32,000 bases of DNA from Candidatus Electrothrix yaqonensis (GTDB taxonomy: Bacteria; Desulfobacterota; Desulfobulbia; Desulfobulbales; Desulfobulbaceae), in contig CP178758.1 of assembly GCA_047651235.1 (NCBI GenBank), forward strand, positions 3,150,001 to 3,182,000, read 5' to 3'. Shown here piece after piece: positions 8,700 to 15,739 of this stretch (within the stretch, counting starts at the first letter, position 1; each line of letters opens with the position of its first letter). The notes under the pieces are model-generated. The model was not told where the DNA came from. It did no database searches and was given only the letters and a program-made list of their open reading frames with translations. A program made the translations under genes and the position numbers.

Positions 8700-9002
8700 T
8701 TAAACATATTCAGTTGTCCGCTTAATAGACCTTGCGATATTTTTGCTTCTTATTCCTTTCAATCCGGCAACAGTGATTACATCTGTCTTTTTTCCGAACA
8801 ATACCTCAAGATATTCAACAAACTCTATAAAATGCAAACCGATGGGCTTCTTGAAATCCGCGATAATGTCAATATCACTCTCTTCCCGCTGAGTTCCTGT
8901 CGCATATGAGCCGAATAACCCTATTTTTTTAAGGCCGAATTCAGCAGCAAGAAATTGATAATTGTCTCGCAGCTTTTTGGTTATCTGTTCTTTTGTCAGC
9001 AT
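8700..9002 (-). CDS. Minimal nucleotidyltransferase (MNT/MntA-like)
   Basis: LFGSYATGTQREESDIDIIADF is the NTase motif. 100 aa, AT-rich like the two genes upstream. It starts 27 nt after the HEPN-like gene's stop. Confidence 0.8.
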   Translation of the reverse strand: MLTKEQITKKLRDNYQFLAAEFGLKKIGLFGSYATGTQREESDIDIIADFKKPIGLHFIEFVEYLEVLFGKKTDVITVAGLKGIRSKNIARSIKRTTEYV

Positions 9003-9029
9003 AATGAATTGCTGGAGTCGTAGCTTCCG

Positions 9030-9836
9030 TTAGATATTTTTTATATTCTTCGTAATAACTGATGCCAATAATTCAATAAGCCCTAGTTGAAGGAAAACAA
9101 CTTTATCCTTTCTGGTTTCCAGAACGTCAACACTTTCTGTGTTGTCAAAATCATTACCATGGGCCACCTCATGGCGCTTCCTATTGATTTCGTCAAGAAA
9201 TTCTTGCCATAAAGTTCTGCGAGCTACTTTTATTGTACTCTCTTTTAGATTTAGTCTTGATTCCTGGCAACTATAAGGAAAAACGACAAGGCTTTTTTTT
9301 AAGATACTTCTTTCCTTGTCTATAGACTCCTTCAATTCTCGATTTGTTCCTGAAAACACATTGTCAAGCTCTGAGTCATGCAAACAGGAAAAAACATTTT
9401 CTACCCCAAAACCACTGAATATCAACTTAATAGTATCTGGTTTTGGATTCTTGTTTGTAGTCGTTAGAAATGGTTCAAAAGAGATATTGGCTTCAAGTTC
9501 TGAAAATTTTTCCGAAAGATTTTTGACTTTCTTCCAATAACTGTGACTGCGTTTGTCAGGAGGGTTCCCGATATATTTTATGCAATATGTGTTTTGAATT
9601 TTCTGGGGTAATTCGGAGAATGAACAATTTTTATTTAAATCTTGACTTACTGATCTGACAAGTTCTTTTGTAAAACCTTCTAAGTGAGCGACCAACAATA
9701 CCGTTATAGAACGACATAAGGCATTGTACAAATCGTAATTTAAATCTTCTTGCTTTTTAGCTTCACCAAGAAGAATATCTATCTCCTGCCATTTTTCGTC
9801 AAGTTGATCCAGAAATTCCGACAGAAAAGTTGCCAT
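9030..9836 (-). CDS. HEPN-like nuclease (MAE_28990/MAE_18760-type family, recollection)
   Basis: 268 aa and helical. N-terminal LLVAHLEGFTKELV and C-terminal Rx4H motif (NRKRHEVAHGND). Its ATG shares one nucleotide with the DUF262 stop (TAATG at 9834-9838). Confidence 0.7.
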   Translation of the reverse strand: MATFLSEFLDQLDEKWQEIDILLGEAKKQEDLNYDLYNALCRSITVLLVAHLEGFTKELVRSVSQDLNKNCSFSELPQKIQNTYCIKYIGNPPDKRSHSYWKKVKNLSEKFSELEANISFEPFLTTTNKNPKPDTIKLIFSGFGVENVFSCLHDSELDNVFSGTNRELKESIDKERSILKKSLVVFPYSCQESRLNLKESTIKVARRTLWQEFLDEINRKRHEVAHGNDFDNTESVDVLETRKDKVVFLQLGLIELLASVITKNIKNI

Positions 9837-10921
9837 TAGGAGATAACCTCCATCCCCTTTTGAATTCTTGTAGTGAGTTTTGAAACATCTGTGACGCTTC
9901 CTTCAACGGACGAAAAAAAAGTTTTATCATGGAAAAGTTCTCTGATTTTTTTAATATCTAAAGTTTTCTTTTTTTCGGAAAGAGAAACCGGAACGACTAT
10001 TGAGTCAAAAACAGCGGCATTAAATTTTGACATTCTACGAAGTTCGCCATCTACGCTCCTGTATTTTGCGAACGGTAATTTTTCACCTGATAATTTAATA
10101 TGCTCAAAAGTAGATAGAAAGAAATCTTCCATTTTTTCCAATTCTTCTTTGTCAAGTTTATTGAATTGTTCCATTCTTTCTGTTAGGAATTTTTTAAATT
10201 CCCCTTTATACTGTTTATATCCTTCTTTATAAGCTAACGAAAAAAACCTTAAAACAAGCTCCTCGTCTTCCATTTTCTGGACTCTTTTGCTGTCTTCTTT
10301 GTCTAAAGAGCATAATTCTCTAAAGTTATTATTTTTAGATATTTTTTTAATGAGTTTTTTAAACGGCCCTCGACAGGTTGCATTTCTTAACTCTTGAGGT
10401 TCAAGTGTTACAGAACCTGAATTTAACCTTTCAAAAATATCGTATTTAACTTGGCTGTCAGCCGTTGAATCAATACGTAGACATCGAATAGTTCTTTCTT
10501 CCAGTCTTCTAATTAAAAAGGGCGGAAGATCCCTATAGTATGAATTATTTAACTCTGTAAGAACCTCTAAACCATTTAGGGAATATTTATTTTTTAAAAA
10601 ACTATAAATAGCTGTTAATCTTTGCTGACCATCAATAACAGAATATCTTGAAACATCCTCTTCAACTTCTTCGTCAACATCTATATCTTGCGATATATAA
10701 ATAAATGGGACAGGAATATTAAGGATCAAACTTTCAATTAACCTAGAAGAAACTTCGTCACTCCATCGATGCCTCCGTTGATATTCAGGATTTAATTGTA
10801 TAGTTTTTCTGTCTATTTTTTTTACTAATGTTTCAAGATCATACTCAATTGTTTGAGTTTTTACAGTTCTCTCTTTGGCTTTTCTTTGAATGCTTTCTAA
10901 TTTTTTTTTCAGACCGGACAT
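9836..10921 (-). CDS. DUF262 (ParB-like/GmrSD N-terminal type) domain protein
   Basis: Has the QRRHRW...VIDGQQRLTAIYSF motif. No DUF1524/His-Me nuclease half is present. Start placed at ATG 10921 (MSGLKKK...), with an AGGGGA SD 8 nt upstream. The track start at 10984 is GTG. Confidence 0.85.
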   Translation of the reverse strand: MSGLKKKLESIQRKAKERTVKTQTIEYDLETLVKKIDRKTIQLNPEYQRRHRWSDEVSSRLIESLILNIPVPFIYISQDIDVDEEVEEDVSRYSVIDGQQRLTAIYSFLKNKYSLNGLEVLTELNNSYYRDLPPFLIRRLEERTIRCLRIDSTADSQVKYDIFERLNSGSVTLEPQELRNATCRGPFKKLIKKISKNNNFRELCSLDKEDSKRVQKMEDEELVLRFFSLAYKEGYKQYKGEFKKFLTERMEQFNKLDKEELEKMEDFFLSTFEHIKLSGEKLPFAKYRSVDGELRRMSKFNAAVFDSIVVPVSLSEKKKTLDIKKIRELFHDKTFFSSVEGSVTDVSKLTTRIQKGMEVIS

Positions 10922-11004
10922 TGACTTTTCCCCTAACAAACAAATACAATTTAAATATTCCAAAGGTGCAACTGTCAGATACACCTTTGGAACAAGTCCT
11001 CCGT

Positions 11005-11051
11005 TGTTATCAATATTCTACTTTAACAGATAATGTCCTATATTGATAACA
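11005..11051. repeat. Perfect 12-bp inverted repeat (TGTTATCAATAT / ATATTGATAACA) with a 23-nt spacer
   Basis: Arms at 11005-11016 and 11040-11051, read directly. It lies between the stop of the 11062 gene and the DUF262 start, at the high-GC/low-GC transition. Confidence 0.8.
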
Positions 11052-11061
11052 GCTTCATTTT

Positions 11062-12225
11062 TTACCCCTGCATCCCCGCCACAGCCTCCTTCACCAAAGC
11101 CGCCACAGTCGTTCTGACCGGCTCGCCTTGCTCATAAATAGTGATTTCCGTTTCATCCTTCTGCAGAGCCATGAGCTGAAAAAAAGCCTCCTTGGCTTGG
11201 ATTCTTCTCAGCAGGCGGGCCATCAGGCCGCGCACTGCGGGATTGTCGTGCTCGAGAAAATGGAACATCGAGTAAAACGGCGTACTGCGGATCAGATCGG
11301 GCCGGGTGGCGGCAATCTCGCTCAGGCCCCAGAGGGCAGCTTCCTGGGTTCCCTTATCGCCCATAAAGTTGAGCAGATGCCGGGAAAAGGCCCCGTAGAT
11401 GTCTGTCCGGGCGGACACGATGGCGCCGATGGCCTCGACCATTCCCCAGGGCGTGGAAGCGGAATCCGAGCAGGACTCAAAGAGCCGGTGCAGCATATCC
11501 GCCACTGGAGCCGGTTCACGGGTGGAGAGCCGCGCTCCGACCTGCCCGATCAGCCAGGCGGTTTTGTACCGTTTCTGCGGATCCGGCTCATAGAGCAGGC
11601 GCTGCATAAAACGCAGGGTACGCTTATCGTCAAAGCTCAGATCGACCAGCCCGTCAATGTCACCGGCCTCAACCAGCTTTTTGACTGCCAGCTTGGAGGC
11701 CCGTTGTTTTTTCCGTTTGGGGTCACGGGCCGGTTCTATCTCCGGGGCAGCTGTACCGACAGCGGCACCGGGAGCAGGAGCCGCATTATGCGCAGCATTG
11801 TTGCCCGGCAAAGCTGCCCGGGCTTCCATCTCCCTCTTCTGCGAAAAACGCTCGGCAATTTCGGCTACATCCTTATGCAGGCGGACAAAATAGAGCACCC
11901 CGCGCACAGCCCGACCGTCCAGATTCCGTTTGGGACAGATCTGGTGGGTGACATCGTCGTAGTTTTCCACCCGGCCGGTAAGGTAATCGTTCTCCGGGAT
12001 CAGCTCCCAGGCCAGATCCCATTCCTCGCCGCAGGCATAGACTAGGCATTCTACCATAGCCGAACCGACATTATGGCCGGTGGTGTCGCAGACATAGACT
12101 GCGCCGCATTCACACCGGCCCACCGGGAATTCGGTCATTTTGCGCTGCAGGGCCTCCACCGGCCGGCCCACTTCCATGCCGCAGAAGGGGCACCAGGGCT
12201 TTGTGTGTACTTGTTTTTCCGCCAT
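11062..12225 (-). CDS. Zinc-ribbon plus HEAT/ARM-like repeat protein (resembles the family I recall as DVU0298)
   Basis: N-terminal Cys cluster CPFCG...CECG. An Ala/Pro-rich linker with a basic patch (KRKKQRASK). A helical-repeat C-terminus. The ATG shares one nucleotide with the TPR gene's stop (TAATG at 12223-12227). Confidence 0.6.
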   Translation of the reverse strand: MAEKQVHTKPWCPFCGMEVGRPVEALQRKMTEFPVGRCECGAVYVCDTTGHNVGSAMVECLVYACGEEWDLAWELIPENDYLTGRVENYDDVTHQICPKRNLDGRAVRGVLYFVRLHKDVAEIAERFSQKREMEARAALPGNNAAHNAAPAPGAAVGTAAPEIEPARDPKRKKQRASKLAVKKLVEAGDIDGLVDLSFDDKRTLRFMQRLLYEPDPQKRYKTAWLIGQVGARLSTREPAPVADMLHRLFESCSDSASTPWGMVEAIGAIVSARTDIYGAFSRHLLNFMGDKGTQEAALWGLSEIAATRPDLIRSTPFYSMFHFLEHDNPAVRGLMARLLRRIQAKEAFFQLMALQKDETEITIYEQGEPVRTTVAALVKEAVAGMQG

Positions 12226-12860
12226 TATGCTGCCAGTTTTTCTTCCAGTCCCTGAGTAAAACGCGGATCAACCGGGTATCCCAGTTCTTTGGCCTTTTCC
12301 ATGTTGCGCTTGGACTCCTCATAATCGCCAGAAAAATACAAGGCTACCGCCAGATTATTGCGGGCCATTCCATTGTCCGGTTCCAGGGTCACGGCCTGAC
12401 GGGCCGACTCTACAGCCTTGTCGTCCTTTTCCAGCATGGTGCAGACTGACGTCATGTTGATCCAGGCGGTGAGCAGGCGGGGATCGATCTGAATCGCCTT
12501 TTCATAGCATTCCAGAGCAGCCTCGGCATCACCCTGGCCCTGACGGATCAGCCCGATGTTGACATGGGCCTCAGCCATCTTCGGGCTGATCTTTAACGCC
12601 TTTTCGTTGAGTTCCAGGGCCTTGTTGATTTTCCCCTGATCAAAATAAATGGCACCGAGATTGATATAACTTTCCACGGAGTGATCATCCAGCTCAATAG
12701 CCTTTTCCAGTTCACGGACGGCATCCTCTGTCCGTCCGGCCTGCCGGTAGACCAGCCCCAGCTTATGGTGGGCAATAATATTCTCCGGATTCTCTGTGCA
12801 TATCTTCTCCAGTTCACCGATCACGGTATCAACGGAGACCTGTTGTTTCTTTTCTGACAT
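12225..12860 (-). CDS. Tetratricopeptide repeat protein
   Basis: 211 aa made of consecutive 34-aa TPR units (e.g. AHHKLGLVYRQAGRTEDAVRELEKAIELDD, AHVNIGLIRQGQGDAEAALECYEKAIQIDP). Confidence 0.85.
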   Translation of the reverse strand: MSEKKQQVSVDTVIGELEKICTENPENIIAHHKLGLVYRQAGRTEDAVRELEKAIELDDHSVESYINLGAIYFDQGKINKALELNEKALKISPKMAEAHVNIGLIRQGQGDAEAALECYEKAIQIDPRLLTAWINMTSVCTMLEKDDKAVESARQAVTLEPDNGMARNNLAVALYFSGDYEESKRNMEKAKELGYPVDPRFTQGLEEKLAA

Positions 12861-12994
12861 ATATACAGTTCCTTGGACTTCACTTCTTTGGTTGGTTACA
12901 GAAAGGTTGCAGCCACGCCTTTTTCTTCAAAAGCATATTTTTGTACATCATACATTATAGGCAGAAATAACGATGTGGCAAGCGATAAACGCAG

Positions 12995-13025
12995 AAAAGG
13001 GGTGACAGGCCGCAGCCTGCACCCC
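12995..13025 (-). terminator. Rho-independent terminator downstream of the CGGC gene
   Basis: The minus strand reads GGGGTG-CAGGC-tgcg-GCCTG-t-CACCCC followed by TTTTCTGCGTTT. That is an 11-bp GC-rich stem with one bulge plus a U-tract, ~38 nt after the stop at 13063. Confidence 0.7.
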
Positions 13026-13062
13026 CTTGTACAGCTAAAAGAGGTTTTGTTATCCGCGCCCT

Positions 13063-13422
13063 TTAATAATCATGGGTTCCCAGCACTACCTTCACATCGA
13101 ACTTCTTTTCCAAGTTGATCTTCAGGTCATCGTAGGCAATGGGACATTCTGCTGTTTCCATGGCCGCTTTCATACAGGTGCCGAGATGCACCACTTCCAT
13201 CGGCCTGCCGATGTTACCGGTGTTCGCTTTCAGCATCTTGACCCTCGGCACAGTCAGGCCTGGACAGCCGCCGCAGTCAGTCATTGCCACCAGTTCAATA
13301 TCCTCGTCTTTGTACCGGGCGAACTCGCCGTTGTTCTCGGCCATACCTTTGAAGCAGTTCGAGCAGGCAATGCATGAATGATCTTTGATCTTCTTACAGT
13401 AGAGGATTGCGATTTTAGACAT
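13063..13422 (-). CDS. CGGC domain protein
   Basis: 119 aa with ILYCKK...CIACSNCF...MTDCGGCPG...HLGTCM, matching the CGGC domain cysteine pattern. GGAG SD upstream of ATG 13422. Confidence 0.8.
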   Translation of the reverse strand: MSKIAILYCKKIKDHSCIACSNCFKGMAENNGEFARYKDEDIELVAMTDCGGCPGLTVPRVKMLKANTGNIGRPMEVVHLGTCMKAAMETAECPIAYDDLKINLEKKFDVKVVLGTHDY

Positions 13423-13629
13423 GTGGTTCTCCTTTTAGGATGGGATTTAAATGGGGTTAAATATGTAGTTAGCTCTGGTGACGAATAAATCGTGAAGGGG
13501 AGATGTAGTGAATTTCAGGGCCGGGGAACAGTGAAGGCGTTGAATTTGGGCCGCCATTGCACTGTTGCTATAACTGTTTTTTTCTTGTGTTAACTGTCTG
13601 GCATAACATTTATAATTATCAGATGTGGT

Positions 13630-13658
13630 AATGTAGGCAGCGCGGTCTGTTTTGTCAA
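13630..13658 (-). promoter_or_regulatory. Candidate sigma70-type promoter for the CGGC gene
   Basis: The minus strand reads TTGACA (13658-13653), a 17-nt spacer, then TACATT (13635-13630). It would give a ~200-nt leader. Sequence match only. Confidence 0.35.
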
Positions 13659-13745
13659 CGGAAAAAAGCAAGGAAGAGAGGATGTTCAGAGAGCACGGAG
13701 GAACTCTCGCGGAAAAATGATCAGTCTGTTTTACACGCCCCCGCC

Positions 13746-13832
13746 CCCGAAAAGCTGCCCCAGTTTGTGCAGCAGGGCGGTAAGCAGTCTGGAGTCCGCC
13801 GGTTTAGCCTGGTCAGGAAGCGCCACTTTAGG
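13746..13832 (-). repeat. Copy C (most diverged) of the ~89-bp repeat derived from the 3' end of gene 15740-16144
   Basis: Aligns to 15761-15849 with many substitutions and two compensating 1-nt indels. The minus-strand translation is ...KPADSRLLTALLHKLGQLFGGGGV*, with its stop at 13731-13733. Confidence 0.8.
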
Positions 13833-13851
13833 GAACACTGCTGCGGAACAA

Positions 13852-14845
13852 CTATTTTTGAGCGTTATGCCGAAGGTCGGTTATCAGACTAACCACCAGC
13901 CGGATGAGCAGGTCTTTCTGCTCCGGTGCGCTGGAGGCGATAAGCAGGGTCAGGGCGACCAGGACCTGGTCGTCAGGAAGCGACCGGTGCTGATTACTCT
14001 GCAGAAACAGGAGAAAAAGAAACGAACCGATTCGTTTGTTGCCGTCCGTGAATGGATGATCCTTGATGACAAAATAGAGCAGATGGGCTGCTTTTCCCTC
14101 TATGCCGGGATAGAACATCCTGTCCGGCAAAGCTCTGGCCTACAGCCCCGATAATCCCAGCCAAGCCGTGCCCCCGCTCCTGACCGAAAATCTCGGTGGC
14201 CTCGCCTCGTTCCAGTAAATCCAGACGCAGGGAGGCAATAGCTTCCCGTACTTCCGCAGTCTCAGGTACTCTGCCGGTTTTCTTTCCCGCCTTGGGAAGG
14301 GGCAAAGAATCCTCATCATACTGCCAGAGCAACTGCCAGGTGCGGGCATAGTCTCTGACCAGCATCAGCACAGTCCTGCCATCATCATTGACCAGATCGT
14401 GGTTTTCCAAGGTGTTACTCAATAAGTCCAGCACCTGCCTGATTTCGGCAGCACTTTTTTCCGCCAGCCGTTTCTGATGCAATGTGTATCCTTGAACCAG
14501 ATGCTGTTTCAGCACGGTAGTCGCCCAGATACGGAATTGGGTGCCACGCTTGGAGTTAACCCGATAGCCCACGGAAATGATGGCGTCAAGGTTATAGTAA
14601 TCGACCTGATAGGTCTTGCCGTCTGCGGCAGTTGTTGCATTTTTTGCAACAACTACTGAACGCTCCAGCTCCTCAGACTGAAAGATATTACGAAGATGTC
14701 TTGAGATTACCGACTTATCACGCTCAAAAAGCTCAGCAATCTGGTTTAAGGTCAACCAGACTGTCTCATCCTTCAGCCGTACATCAATCCCGGTTTGACC
14801 GTCGTTGGTTTGATATAAAATGACTTCACTTTGCGTAGGTAACAT
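13852..14845 (-). pseudogene. RhuM-family / Fic-DOC fusion gene with a single frameshift
   Basis: ORF 13994-14845 carries the RhuM-type N-terminus (VILYQTNDGQTGIDVRLKDETVWLTLNQIAELF...GTQFRIWAT). The Fic core (GIEGKAAHLLYFVIKDHPFTDGNKRIGS) continues in another frame (13852-14130). The frame changes at about 14113-14122, consistent with a 1-nt deletion. GGAG SD upstream of ATG 14845. Confidence 0.8.
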
Positions 14846-14909
14846 TTGTTTGCTCCTTGTTTGTCGTACAGCAACGGGCTACAGAACCCCTACCTCATCC
14901 TTCCCCCGT

Positions 14910-14998
14910 CCCGAACAGCTGCTCCAGCTTGTTGAGCAGGGCCGTGAGCAGTTTGGAGTCTGCTGGTTTATGTTCGATCAGGAAACGCCATTTGCCGG
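14910..14998 (-). repeat. Copy B of the ~89-bp repeat (orphan 3'-end fragment)
   Basis: 81 of 89 nt identical to 15761-15849 by hand alignment. The minus strand translates as (T)NTSGKWRFLIEHKPADSKLLTALLNKLEQLFGTGEG*. There is no start codon, and an in-frame TGA lies a few codons upstream. Confidence 0.9.
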
Positions 14999-15007
14999 AG
15001 GTATTTG

Positions 15008-15451
15008 TTAAAGCTGTTCAACCTCCTTTGAAGCAATCAGCTCTTCAATTTCCTGAATCAGTGCTGGCAGATTAGGCTGCTCAAAGCTCATATTCGGTGC
15101 CGGAATGCGGTTTCGTTTGATGTTCGGAGGAATATGTTTGTGGTGAGGATGTGTACTTGCCAGAGATGTGCTGTTTGGATGAGGCTGGGAATCGTACCAA
15201 TACAACTTCTCATCATCCTTCCATACTTCGTAGCCGTACCAGTCGGTTACAATGGGAATTTGCCCGAACAGAACACGTTCGCGAAGTACCAGTCTGAATC
15301 CATGCTCGAAGTGCAGTTCCCCGAAAACCCTCCCCAGTGTTGAACCGCGCCGAACAAAGACCAGACTTGAACGCTGCACAGAGGGAAACTGTTCCGTAAT
15401 CGTGTACAGGAACAGTTCGTAATCTTCCGGTGTGCGAAACGGGGTACTCAT
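15008..15451 (-). CDS. DUF6516/TumE-like putative toxin-antitoxin component
   Basis: 147 aa with YWYDSQPHPNSTSLASTHPHHKH, which resembles the DUF6516 pattern (recollection of the ...PHHKH motif). The ATG overlaps the upstream stop (ATGA, 15448-15451). Confidence 0.55.
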   Translation of the reverse strand: MSTPFRTPEDYELFLYTITEQFPSVQRSSLVFVRRGSTLGRVFGELHFEHGFRLVLRERVLFGQIPIVTDWYGYEVWKDDEKLYWYDSQPHPNSTSLASTHPHHKHIPPNIKRNRIPAPNMSFEQPNLPALIQEIEELIASKEVEQL

Positions 15452-15717
15452 GCGGCGACCTGAATAAGACCTTTCAGGCTTGGTGCTTCTCTGTTCTGAC
15501 GCTGAACTTCATTGCGATATTCAGCTAATCGGGTAAGCCAAGTTTTGTACACACTGCCCCACTCACCGAAATCAAGCACCCAGGCATCGTTCTCCGGCTC
15601 TTCACCGCTGACATAAGCGGCATAGAACACATCGGAACGTACCCCGTATTTTCGTTCAAATGATAACAGGTCTTCTTCCAGCGCATGAATATCCATGAGG
15701 ATGTCGCGTAGTTTCAT
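15448..15717 (-). CDS. Small acidic partner protein (putative antitoxin or regulator), unknown family
   Basis: 89 aa. A strong GGAG SD lies 7 nt upstream of ATG 15717. It is translationally coupled to the DUF6516-like gene. Confidence 0.5.
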   Translation of the reverse strand: MKLRDILMDIHALEEDLLSFERKYGVRSDVFYAAYVSGEEPENDAWVLDFGEWGSVYKTWLTRLAEYRNEVQRQNREAPSLKGLIQVAA

Positions 15718-15739
15718 GATATATCTCCTTTTATTTTTT

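Noticed and set aside
13447-13671. 74-aa minus-strand ORF upstream of the CGGC gene
   Set aside because: TTG start, no SD, odd composition. It coincides with the predicted promoter and leader of the CGGC gene.
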